A DNA stretch of 63,273 bases, counting the filler. It is 10 parts of 10 records of this genome, joined end to end, with 100 filler letters (N's around TTAATTAATTAA, not from the genome) between each part and the next. Parts side by side here need not be neighbours in the genome. Positions count along the whole stretch, not along the records: positions 1 to 12,035 come from SRR7504441_3450; 9 more parts are not named here. One strand, written 5' to 3'. Every line of letters begins with the position of its first letter. Position 1 is the first letter of the stretch. Shown one piece after another: positions 1-10,233 of the stretch. Under the pieces are notes generated by a model. That model was not told the origin of the DNA. It searched no databases and saw nothing but the letters and a program-made list of their open reading frames with translations. The position numbers were made by a program, and so were the translations under genes.

Positions 1-138
1 AATCTTTGATTTCTAACGTGCTCACTCACACTGGTATTATTGTGCAGACAATAGCTTACGTGCTTTACTTCGATATTGTCATTGTATGCTGAGCTAGGAC
101 GGGTTCCCAGGTGGTGCTCGTGATTGTACTCGTACGTT

Positions 139-1204
139 TCAAAGCTTCTCAAACACGTTGAACGCCGCCCCTGCGTCGCCTGCGTACGGCACCTGGTTCG
201 GGTGGATGGTGGGGTCGGCATCCATCTTAAAGGTGCGCGTCTTGGCAAACGTGTCCATCGTGAGCGCCCCGAACATGCCCGTAGCATTCACTTGGTTGAT
301 TGAGGGGATCTGGGTTAGGCTTAGAGTTAGGGTTAAGCTTTAAAAACCTGGATCTTGGGCTCCTCGCTGAACAGCCCCCAGTCGTTCACCGCCTGCACCG
401 CCGGCAGCGCGCCACACGCTTCGATCAGCGTCTTGGTCGCTGGGTACTGGTCGATCGCTTCCGAGTGCCTCCATGGCAACCGATCAGCCCCCTCCATGTT
501 GCACACCCAGTTGTTCCCCAGCCAGAGCGAGTACATGCACAGGTCGTCCAGACTGAGCTCCGGCCCGAAAAAGCTGCTCGGGCTGGCCTTGGCCCACGCC
601 TCGATCGTGTCCAGCGCAAAGTCTCGCTTGCAGGCGTCGTACTGACACCTGCCGGCCGATCGGGCCAGGCCCAGGGCATGCGGATTTACTCAGTCATCAG
701 TCCCAGGGCCGGGTAGGTGTACTGGTACATGGTGGCTCGGTAGGCCACGTTCATCACGAAGGCCACCCGCTGGTTCACCTGGGCCGCGGCCAGCGGCTCG
801 GCAGGCATGAAGCTCTCGGGGATCAGGTCCCTGTACTTCGCGATTAGATATGGCAGAATGGCCTCGCTGCCGTTGATCCCGGTCGGGGGCGCGTCGTCCC
901 GGTAGCTGAGCACGAACGGGATCGAGTGGACCGGGTTGAGCGCGAGCAGCTCGGGCGAGTAAAGCTGGGTGGCGAAGTCGATCCCGCACAAATCCACCGG
1001 CAGATCGAACAGCTTGACCAGGTACATGCAGACCCGGCAGGGCAGCGATACTCCCGACACGCACAACACGTCGGCTGCGTGCCCCTCTGGCGGCGGGTAG
1101 ATGTACGAGGTCGGAGGAGCCTGTGGAGGCTCGGGCGCCGCAGGCTCGGCGCTCATGGTGGCAGCAGGCTTCTTTTCCACGGCCTTGCGGCGCTTCGCGG
1201 GCAT
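139..1204 (-). CDS. Glutathione S-transferase (theta-like), 3 exons
   Basis: SLPCRVC..LLALNPVHSIP..INGSEAILPYL GST N-domain. GT-AG introns at 649-689 and 310-347 restore one frame through SLDDLCMY to a TGA at 139-141. Confidence 0.8.
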
Positions 1205-1386
1205 GCTGCCGGCAGCGCTGACAGTAACGGAACGAATAGCCGGTTGCCTGTCACGCCTGGCAATTCGGCAATGGCGGGGGGGGAGCAGAGTGAGACTAAG
1301 AAACTTTAGTACATGGGTTGATGGCTATAGTAAAGTCCTTGGTGAGCTTACAGTTACAGTAGTATGGGTTGTGCTCCCATAGTACC

Positions 1387-1431
1387 GGTAACATTTAGGT
1401 GACATTATGATCCGTATTGATACCGTATTGA
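1387..1431. repeat. Two X9-TA-X9 scars
   Basis: ggtaacatt-TA-ggtgacatt (1387-1406, 1 mismatch); ccgtattga-TA-ccgtattga (1412-1431). Confidence 0.85.
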
Positions 1432-1553
1432 GTTTTCTCCTTTTTTGCAAACGCGGGAGTTGGTCCAAATGCAGGCTTCTCCCAGCCGGGTCCATACCGT
1501 CCATCGCGCAGGGCTGGCTATTAACACTATTAACAAGTACTCTGTGAGCTCCG

Positions 1554-2510
1554 TCACATCAAAATTGCTCGATCAAACTTCCGGTCACTCGGCACTCCCC
1601 CGTCTGTGTGAAAGACGCTCCACCATATGAAAGCCTGCACAGTCGACTCGTGGCACATCGGATTCTGCAAGAACCGCTCCGCGCTCTCACGGTCAACTAG
1701 CAAGCTGCAACACTTGTGCGAATCGATGATCAGAAATTTCTGGTCATCCATCGGGCACACCAGCGCTGTCTCAGAGTCGCGGTGCACGATTAGCACACAG
1801 TTGGGCTCATGCAGCCGGTCCAATGCCGCTACCAGCTCCGTATACGGGCTCCGCTCCAGCTCCTCCATCCGAGCAAAGCACGGCGCGGCCCTCGTGTCGC
1901 AATACCGCGCATCTGTGCTGCTCTGGGCGTCGGCCGCGTAGCTATGCGGCTCGCCGTCCAGCGCCGTGTTGACGCTCAGCCGCCAGTCCTCCAGCCCGTC
2001 CAAGATCTCCGGCAGGGCCTGCCCAATCCAGCTTGACAGTATCTTCTGACTCCATGGTCGCTCCGGTGCGTTCTCTTCCTGGTCTTTCTTGGCGGCCAGC
2101 CTTCGGGCAGTGGCCTCATCCAACAGCTCATGATACTCGGCCCGGTACGCCTCGGCCGCCTCTTCGCTGAGTACCGCCGGTCCGAACAGCTCAGCGAGCC
2201 GTTGCCACCTCCCCAACCCGAGCATCCCGAACCAAGTGCACTGATTCTGGCACTCGTGCCGGCGGTCCGCGTCCGGCCAGCCTGGGCGTGCCTGGGTGGG
2301 TGGCTGCTCCAGCGAAGCCCTTGCCGGGGAAGAGAGGTATTGGTGCTGGGCAACCAGCCCGTCGACTGTCACGGGGCGGGACGGCGGCGGGGGCGGAGGC
2401 TGGAGGGCGGGGCGCTGGTCTGCGGGGAGCTGGTCGTAGTGCCGCTGGCAGCTGGAGCACAGCCCGAGCGGGCTGCCGCCGTGGAACTGATGACACAGCT
2501 GACAGGACAT
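1554..2510 (-). CDS. A20-like zinc finger plus putative papain-fold (tegument-like, C76-type) deubiquitinase
   Basis: N-terminal CQLCHQFHGGSPLGLCSSC, Pro linker, then QNQCTWFG ... FLIIDSH. First plausible ATG at 2510. Confidence 0.5.
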   Translation of the reverse strand: MSCQLCHQFHGGSPLGLCSSCQRHYDQLPADQRPALQPPPPPPSRPVTVDGLVAQHQYLSSPARASLEQPPTQARPGWPDADRRHECQNQCTWFGMLGLGRWQRLAELFGPAVLSEEAAEAYRAEYHELLDEATARRLAAKKDQEENAPERPWSQKILSSWIGQALPEILDGLEDWRLSVNTALDGEPHSYAADAQSSTDARYCDTRAAPCFARMEELERSPYTELVAALDRLHEPNCVLIVHRDSETALVCPMDDQKFLIIDSHKCCSLLVDRESAERFLQNPMCHESTVQAFIWWSVFHTDGGVPSDRKFDRAILM

Positions 2511-2783
2511 GCGCGAACAGCCGTGGCAACGATGCCTTAAATTCAGCGCAAGGGGAGGGGGGGGAGGGGAGGAGGCGGAGACAAGGGCGGGAAGAACCAT
2601 GGGCAAAACCTGACCTGAACAATAAACCTCGAGGTCGCGGTCAAAATCTCCGCTACTCGTTTGCAATTAGGTCCACCACGCAAATAATTACTATAATCAA
2701 TCAGTTACCTATCAATCTTTTGTGCGCGTGCAATCCTAATGAGGCTCTCACTAAATGCGCTATCATGTGTGCCATGATCGGCT

Positions 2784-3806
2784 CTAGATAGCCAAAGACA
2801 GTTGTCGCTGCGGGGCGTTCCGATGCACTTGCCAATGCCTGTCCTGTGGTGGCTCTCCATGTTGTTCTAAGTACGCCTTCGCCACTACCAGCGCCGCCTC
2901 CTCGGCCGTTGCTTTGCAACCATATTTGATACGCTTCCCATCGATCCACAGACTCGCTTGGTACTTGCCATTGGCCTGCATCAGACTCACTCCGAAGTAG
3001 CCAGAATTGCTCTGAGACGACTCAAAGTCACGCAAATCAGCCACAGACAACTCGGCAATCCGCTTCCTCTGGCCCGGCCGCTTGGCCTGGGCCGGCCGCT
3101 TGGTCGGCGCTGGCCGATTGCTCGTGCCCTGATCAAGTGCCATAGCGCCGCTGACAGCCTGCCGCCGTTGGGCGCACGCCTGGGCCGCCTCCAGAGCAGT
3201 CTCATACTGCCCTATGTAGACTCGCTCCCCGTCGATAGATATCTGGGCCTGATACCGGCCGGCCAGCGTCCTGGTCACCCCTCGGTAGCCCGAATTGCTC
3301 CTCTCGGACGCAAACCTGGACACGTCGATCGCCCCGGAGCGCTCCGGCCTAGGTTTGGGGGTCAACGGCTCGCTGCCGGCTGCCGGCCGATTGGGGGTGG
3401 ATCTGCTATCGGGCGGCTGGCCCGGCGCCGGGACCGCCCCGGACTTGACCTCAAAGCCATCCACCAGATCTACCTCCACCTCGCCGGCCCGCTTGGACAG
3501 CACCACCGGGCTGGTCGGCAGCTGGAAGATCAGGGCATCCAGGTAGAGCGCATGACCCATCAGCAAGCCCATCTCAATCATGTGCTGCGGCCGCAACGCC
3601 TGCAGCGTCTCGGCCTGCACAAAGCCGTGCCGCTGGAGCTTGGCGAAGGCCCCGGCGCCCTCGAGCGGGCCTGAGCCACACAGCGCCTCTAGCTCGTGCG
3701 TGAACCGACCGGCGGCGCTCCGGGCGAGCCGCGGGCACAGCTGGCGACAGACGGTGTACGCCTCCGGCTGGCTGGAGACAGGCAGGAGCCGGGCTCCGCT
3801 GAGCAT
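2784..3806 (-). CDS. Double AP2-domain DNA-binding protein with SAM-like N-terminal domain
   Basis: SGYRGVT..GRYQAQI..YIGQYETALEAA and SGYFGVS..GKYQASL..TAEEAA; LQALRPQHMIEMGLLMGH is SAM-like. Confidence 0.75.
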   Translation of the reverse strand: MLSGARLLPVSSQPEAYTVCRQLCPRLARSAAGRFTHELEALCGSGPLEGAGAFAKLQRHGFVQAETLQALRPQHMIEMGLLMGHALYLDALIFQLPTSPVVLSKRAGEVEVDLVDGFEVKSGAVPAPGQPPDSRSTPNRPAAGSEPLTPKPRPERSGAIDVSRFASERSNSGYRGVTRTLAGRYQAQISIDGERVYIGQYETALEAAQACAQRRQAVSGAMALDQGTSNRPAPTKRPAQAKRPGQRKRIAELSVADLRDFESSQSNSGYFGVSLMQANGKYQASLWIDGKRIKYGCKATAEEAALVVAKAYLEQHGEPPQDRHWQVHRNAPQRQLSLAI

Positions 3807-3884
3807 GCTGTTGGTCTGGCTCCGCCGGGGGCCGAGTGGATGACAGTTAAGATCGAGTAACGGAACTTACAGTTGGCGCTCCCG

Positions 3885-5084
3885 ATGGGGAACTGCATCT
3901 TGGGCTCGTGCGTCTCGCCCGATGGGATCAAGAACTGCTGCTGCGCCGGTCGGCCGGGCGAGTGCTGCAAGTGCTGCTACTGCTGCCTGGAGGAGGAGCA
4001 TCGCGTAGCCCGCGTGCTGCAACACATGCCGCCAGTCCAGCTCATCGCGGCCCAGGAGCGGGCCGGCGAGCTGATGAAGCTGGTTGGCCGGGTGACCCTC
4101 CCCCCGTTCGAGGCCTCGCAAGCCTGGGCCCAAGTGATGTACAGCCCGGGCTCCAACCGGCCGTGCGTATACTGGCGAGTGGTTGTCGAGGAGCAGCACA
4201 TTCACTTCCAGGAGGTAATCGAGCGGGATAAGGACGGGCGCGAGACCGGACGCCACTGGACCGAGAGCCACTCCTGGCGGACTGTCTGCGATCACGAGAA
4301 TTATGTCGACTTTTACCTGCAGGACGGCCCGATCAAGCTGTTTGTCAACGGCCGGTGCCGCGACCAGTGCAAGATCCAGAGCATCTGGGACGCCGGCGGT
4401 GGCGGTTACACCAACTTCTTCCACAGCGACTTGGAGCCCTCAATCCGTTGGCTGATGCACTGCCACGGCCGCAACTTTGGCGGGTGGCACCGAAACTGGA
4501 GCCGGAGTGGATGCCGCGTGGACGGCCCGACAGGACATTTCCGGTGGAGCGAGTGCATCTTTGAAGTGAACGAGAAGATCGCGGCGCTGGGGGTGGCGTC
4601 GACTGGCACCCAGGATCCGTACACTCAGACAGTAACGCTCTCTCTGATCCCTTTCTATGAAGGGATCATCAGCGAGGACGCGATGGATGAGAAGGGCTGG
4701 TCCACCTGGGACCAATGGAGCTGGTCCGACCTGCTCCACCACAACCCGGCGGTCATGCTCTCCGACTCCAAAGAGTTCACTGGCTGCATCGACGTTAACC
4801 CGGCCTCTGATCTGCCCCGGTGGCAGCAGCAGTATGTCCCCTCCTACGCGCCGTGGGGCAGCCAGCCAGAGGCTCAGTGGCAAGCGGTTCCACCGCCGCC
4901 CCCGCCGCCACCCCCGCCGATGAACGTGCCGGGAATGGGGCCCCCGGGAGCAATGCAGCCGCCACCGCCGGCCTACAACCCCGCCGCCACCACGACCACC
5001 ACCACGACCACGACGACGACCACCACCACCACCACACAAGCCACCACACAAGGAGCCCAGCCCAACCACGTTTATCAAGCCTAG
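3885..5084 (+). CDS. Lipid-anchored protein with GIDE-like domain and Pro/Thr-rich tail
   Basis: MGNC start and Cys cluster; SPGSNRPCVYWRVVVEE...WRTV...DFYLQDG resembles GIDE; poly-Thr encoded by (ACC/ACG)n at about 4988-5038. Confidence 0.55.
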   Translation: MGNCILGSCVSPDGIKNCCCAGRPGECCKCCYCCLEEEHRVARVLQHMPPVQLIAAQERAGELMKLVGRVTLPPFEASQAWAQVMYSPGSNRPCVYWRVVVEEQHIHFQEVIERDKDGRETGRHWTESHSWRTVCDHENYVDFYLQDGPIKLFVNGRCRDQCKIQSIWDAGGGGYTNFFHSDLEPSIRWLMHCHGRNFGGWHRNWSRSGCRVDGPTGHFRWSECIFEVNEKIAALGVASTGTQDPYTQTVTLSLIPFYEGIISEDAMDEKGWSTWDQWSWSDLLHHNPAVMLSDSKEFTGCIDVNPASDLPRWQQQYVPSYAPWGSQPEAQWQAVPPPPPPPPPPMNVPGMGPPGAMQPPPPAYNPAATTTTTTTTTTTTTTTTQATTQGAQPNHVYQA

Positions 5085-5942
5085 AGCGCTCCACGCATCC
5101 AGTGCTCGAGTGCTGGGCCATGTTGGTACGAGTCATGCAGAGTCCGATACGAGTATGCCTGAGCACATCTTCTCACCGCGTTGATCAGAGCTCTCAAATA
5201 AAATCCGAGTATACGCACGATTATATGTAGAATATATGAAAGTAGTTGCCAATGGATGGTACTTGCTACGTACGAGAACCACCCGCCAACAAGGGCGGTG
5301 GGGCTTGCGCTACTGCGTACACTGGCGGTGACCCAGCTTCTCGTTGGCACTATGCTATGATTGCTCCGTGGGGCTTACTATACACACGGGTGTCTGCCCG
5401 TTGCTCTGGGTACGGACGCTACAGCACCCCGGGCACGTTCACCGGGAATCCAAGCACAAGCACGCTCGCAGCCGCCAGCGCCAGTGAAGCTGCCACCCCT
5501 CCCGCGACCGCCATCCCGGGCCCGCTCAAACTGTCGGCTTGCTTTGCCTCCCTGCGGCCGTCTTGGCGGGGCAGCGCCGTCGGGGGACCTGCGTGGGGAT
5601 ATCCGCTCGAGCAGACGGTCTTCCATGGCCTGGGTTGATTCGCGGTCGAGCCCGCCCTTGCGCGGAGGCTGGATCACCATACTGGGTTTGAGAGGCTGAC
5701 GGAGCTGCGCACACACACAGGAGGTCAGCGCGCGGTCGGGGGCAGGCCCGGCAGGTGGGGGCGGCAGGCCACCAGCTATACGAAGCCTCGACGGTTATTC
5801 GCGTTGCCGGTATTTAACCGTTGCCACGGAGCTCGTGTGGCTACGATTATTGTAAGAAGCCTGTGGCTACGATTACTGTAAGAAGGTTATGTGGATTTTA
5901 AGGCTCCGACTTTCTAATAAATGTACCTATACACTATCTATA

Positions 5943-6984
5943 TCAGCTCGGTTGGCTGTCACTGGCGTGTCCCTCCCCTCCTCTCGTCCGGTCGCCTTGC
6001 TCCTCCTCCTCCCCAGCTCCGGCCAGCCTCAGCCAGCCCCCGATCGTCTGCACCACTGATGACCAGTCATTCCCGGCCGGCTCCCGATCCTCTCGATCGG
6101 CACCTGGCAGCTCTCCCCCATCACGGCTCTCCTCCGAACGCCACCGGTCATTCAGCAGCGTCACTGCGAGCACCGCCAGAGCAAACGGTAGCAGCTGCAT
6201 CCCAAGCGTGCCCAGCTCGCGCAGCCGCGATCGGGCATACTCCCGCCGCTCCTCGCCCTCGTGCTCCGCGTCCAACAGCAGCGGGTACCCGACCCCGTCG
6301 ATTTCGATCAGCGCGTCTGGCCCGGGTCGCGGCTTGAGTCCCAGCCAGCTCATGTACCGCCGGATAGTCTGCCGCCTCCGGAGCGCCGTCCGAAGCGCTG
6401 CCAGGTTGAGCGGCTGGCTGCCGTCGATTAGCCGGCACTCGACGCAGCTGGCTTCGCCGGGCCAGATCCAGCGGACCCATTCCGCCAGCTGGGAGAAGCG
6501 AGTATCCACCGGCAGCCGAATCTCCGGCAGCCCGGCCCACACCCAGCGGCGAGGGGCCTCGAACCGAGCGCCCCAGTCAGCCTGCCGCTCCCGTTAACAT
6601 TCAGGGTTGGGGTGAGCCTGCCTGCTGGTCGGACGCCAGGTAGTCTAGCAGCACCGTCTGGCTGTCCTCTCCCAAACGGACCACCCGGCAGGCCCCTTCG
6701 GGCAGCCCTCCGCCCCGGACCAGCACCACTGCCCCCGGGATCAGCCTGTGCTCGTACAGCCCCTGCAGCTGGCCGGCCTCCTCCGCCGCTCGGGTGACCG
6801 GGTGCCAGCGCAGCTTGAGCTCGAGGTCGTCGGCCCGCCAGCCCTGCGCGTTCTCGGCCATCGCCCCCAGCACGTGCCGCGGGTTCTCGAAGTCGTACGT
6901 GGGCACCAGCGACACCAGAAACGACGGCGGCCGCCCCACGGCGCAGAAGGCACGCCGCAACACCACCCCACAGCGCTGCCTCAT
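5943..6984 (-). CDS. Hypothetical membrane protein, possible mitochondrial presequence
   Basis: Two ORFs joined by a 40-nt GC-AG intron (6582-6621); Arg-rich N-terminus; one C-terminal hydrophobic helix. Confidence 0.55.
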
Positions 6985-7042
6985 ACCTGATGGGCTGACT
7001 GGCGCGAGTTGCCGTTATTCTTCGCGCCGCTGCGAGCCCAGC

Positions 7043-7478
7043 ATGCCGCGTAAGGGGGTGCGCCCAGCGCTCCTGGCGGCGGACGGTGGGCTGAGCCCGC
7101 GGCTGGAGGCGGCGCTGTCCGAGTTGTTCAAGCGGTTCGATCGGGACGGCGACGGGCTGCTGAGCAAGCTTGAGCTGGGCGAGTACAGCACGGCGGTGGC
7201 CCGGCGCCAGGAGCTGGCCAGAGCGGGGGGTTAGGCCAACCCTGAAGGGCGGGCGTTCGACGAGGGCGAGCTGGCGCAGATCGAGGAGTTTTTCGAGTGG
7301 AGAGAGGGCGGGCTCACGCTGGATGGCTGGCTGAACATGTACCACACCCAGACCAGCGCGGACGAGGCGCGGCTGCCGGCCGGTCTGGGGCTGAGCCGGT
7401 GGGCAGGACGAGACTTGGCGGGACCTGCAGCAGCTCGGGTACAATGACAGCCTCGAGCTCGGGGACAGCACCAAGTAG
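7043..7478 (+). CDS. Small EF-hand protein with Miro-type EF-associated motif
   Basis: DRDGDGLLSKLE loop. Introns 7196-7234 (GT-AG) and 7367-7406 (GC-AG) give GLTLDGW..ETWRDLQQLGYNDSL. Confidence 0.75.
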
Positions 7479-7622
7479 CGCCGATTCTGTACTAGTACTA
7501 AGCCCCACAATGTCATGCTCGTACATTTAGTGGTGATCATCATCAGAGGGATTCATTTAATATTGGGGCAGTCGGTGCGCCTTAGGAGCGTCTTGAGCGG
7601 GACTACATGGCCGCGTAACGGA

Positions 7623-8576
7623 TCACAGAGCATTTGCTATGATATAATCTAGCCCGCCCACAATCACCGCAACCTGAGCCCGATCGCAATCCTCTGCTGA
7701 CACCGGTCGCTCCTTGGAATCCGGATAAACCTCGGTCGTGGTCGCAAACAGCGCATTGGTGGCCCCTTTGCCTTTGCCCACAGGGTCCGAATTGATTACC
7801 CCCGGCTGGGCCAGTGGCAGCCCCATAATCATGCCGTGCTCGTCCGCGGGAGCAATGTGCGTCACTTGCCTGACCGCATCGATCATGGCCCGGTGCCACT
7901 CCGGCTGTGGCTTGCTCAGGCAGCCCATCAAGTAAAACCCGTCAGGGATGACCTCGTCAGCGAGCGGCAGCCCGTCCCGCGAGGCCTTGGCCGGCCTAAA
8001 CTCGGTGAAATCAGTGTCGGTGGTCTCGTGCAGGTCTAGATGCACTGTCCACTGCTCCACGCCCAGGCTCGCCACCAGCCCCAGCAGGGCGGCGCACTCC
8101 TCAGCCGCGCTCTCGGGCACGTAACACCGGTTGGGGTCGAGCGCCTGCGGGTTCCACCGCTGGATGCATTCGTACCCCCAGGGACATACGCAGGGCACCA
8201 CTGCCACGTTGAATACACCAGAGTACCGCTCCGCCTCTGTTTGGAGAAACCTGATCGCCCCGCGGACTCCGCTAGTCTCGTACCCGTGCGTCCCGCCGGT
8301 TATTAGCAGCGACGGCTTGGTAGGCTCCCAGCCGCGCGACTTGACGCAGACCAACGGATACCGGGCCGGGTCTATGGCAAGCTCGCCGTACCGGTGGAGC
8401 TCGAACCTGCCGGCCAGCGCCTCGACCGGCCGCAGCACGTCGTCCTTGTACGAGCGCTTGGGCTGACCAGCCAGCTCGAGCCACTCGGCCCGCTCGGCCT
8501 CGCCCCAGGCCACGCCCGGCTGGCCCACCGGGTAAAAGTGCTTGGCCTCTTCCTCGGCCTTCGCCTCCTCCACCAT
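7623..8576 (-). CDS. M14-family zinc peptidase (succinylglutamate desuccinylase/aspartoacylase-like), intronless
   Basis: GGTHGYE, DPNR, DLHE and TTTEVYPD motifs. Confidence 0.85.
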   Translation of the reverse strand: MVEEAKAEEEAKHFYPVGQPGVAWGEAERAEWLELAGQPKRSYKDDVLRPVEALAGRFELHRYGELAIDPARYPLVCVKSRGWEPTKPSLLITGGTHGYETSGVRGAIRFLQTEAERYSGVFNVAVVPCVCPWGYECIQRWNPQALDPNRCYVPESAAEECAALLGLVASLGVEQWTVHLDLHETTDTDFTEFRPAKASRDGLPLADEVIPDGFYLMGCLSKPQPEWHRAMIDAVRQVTHIAPADEHGMIMGLPLAQPGVINSDPVGKGKGATNALFATTTEVYPDSKERPVSAEDCDRAQVAVIVGGLDYIIANAL

Positions 8577-8617
8577 GATCTCCAACGGAAACCGAATCCG
8601 TTAGATGCAATCCGTAG

Positions 8618-9994
8618 ATGCAAGCCACGAAGGACGAGAGCCAGCCGCCGGCCGCTAAGCGGGCCAAGCCGCCGTCGACCGCCGAGGCGGTGCTGGGCTG
8701 GATCCGCGCCGCGGGTGGCACCGTCGGGCCGCTCGACCCGCGGCCCAGTCCCACCTGCGCAGGTGAAGGGCTGTTCGCCCGGGCTGCGCTCGCTCCAGGG
8801 GGGCTGCTCGGGTCGGTGCCCCGCCAGTGCGTGCTCACCGCCGAGACCGCGCTGGCCAGTCCGTTAGGCCAGGCGTGCGCCGCCGGCCCCCAGCCGGTAC
8901 GCCCGGAGATGGTGCTGCTGCTGTGGATCGCCGCCGGGCGCGGTGGGGCTGGCCGGGAAGGTGGCCGCTGAGGGCATCGGCAGCGGACGCGGGGCACCCT
9001 TTCCATCTGTACCTGTCGAGCCTGCCACCAGGGGGCTGCGGTAGCCCGTGGTGGCCGGAGTCTGCCCGGACTATGCTGGCTGGCACACCGCTGGGCCATT
9101 CTACCGAGAAAGTGCGGGCAGACCACATCGCCGAGTGCGACCAGGCAGCGGCCGGGGGGCGGCCTGGCACAGCCAGGGGTGCAGGTGCTCGCGCTGCTAT
9201 CAGAGCGCGCCCCGGAGCTGTCAGCTGGGCTGGACAGTGAGACGGTCTGGTGGGCTCACGATGTGTATCACTCGAGACGGTTCCCTCGGAAGCTGTGCGG
9301 CTGGCTGTGTGCGGAGGCGGCTGGGCTAGCCGAGACGGGGGTGATGCTCCCGCTGTTCGACATGCTCAACCACCGGCCGATGGGCAAGATCGAGTGGCGA
9401 CCGGGGCAAGAATCGATCAGCTTTGTTATCGAAGAGCCGGTGGAGGCTGGCTGCGAGGTGGGGCTGCTCAATGTGCCGATTGATCCAGCTGCAGGTCTTT
9501 AACAATTACGGCCCAAAGCCCAACGACCAGCTGCTGCTCCAGCACGGATTCGCGCTCGAGGATTCTCGGTTTGATACTTTCCCGCTGCAGATGGCCGTGG
9601 GGAGTCGAGAGGGAGAGACCACGGTCAAGCTGGGTCCTTTCATCATTCGGCGGGCGGACGAGGCCTGGCCTCAGTTCCCTGATGAGCTTTGGCGTGCGCT
9701 TGCCGACCCGCTGGGTCATGGCAATATGAGTGAGCCGGAGGGCGACCAAGCGGTCGAGGTGCGCCAGCAGGTGGGCTTACCAGCAAGGCGGAGCAGGTGG
9801 CTCCGGAGGACGTCGAGCTGTTGCGCGACACCCTAAACGGCAAACTGAGTGCTTTCATCGCCCCTGAGGAGGTGCGATCGGAGCAAGAGAGGTTTGTGGC
9901 CATATATATCAACGGTCAGAGGGCGCTTTTAGAAGAGGCGATCGAGACGTTGGATGAGATGCTGGAAGCCTTCGGCGGCGGCTGCAATGAATAG
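8618..9994 (+). CDS. SET-domain protein lysine methyltransferase (Rubisco LSMT/SETD3-like), 5 exons
   Basis: GEGLFA, PLFDMLNH, EVFNNYGPKPNDQLLLQHGF after removing four 37-41 nt introns (one GC-AG at 9145-9184). Confidence 0.85.
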
Positions 9995-10043
9995 AGCTAT
10001 GAGCTTAATTGTGATCATGTATAGTGATCACGCAAGAATGACT

Positions 10044-10128
10044 AACGTTCTATAAACGTTCTATTCGGTTCATTATAAACTTAGGTTCATCTAACAATGA
10101 TTGATTACACGCATAGGTAACGCATAGG
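10044..10128. repeat. Two X9-TA-X9 scars
   Basis: aacgttcta-TA-aacgttcta (10044-10063); acgcatagg-TA-acgcatagg (10109-10128). Confidence 0.9.
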
Positions 10129-10233
10129 CGGTGACACAATCTTAGATTAGCCATAATTTGCATCGGTAATTATAAGAAACTGAACCCCGTGAGGAGGTGT
10201 GCGATGCTTTAGCGGTCCCTGGTCAATACTTGG

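Noticed and set aside
5246-5780. Possible small gene (overlapping ORFs on both strands; one frame ends in a hydrophobic helix)
   Set aside because: No consistent start or splice model could be built.
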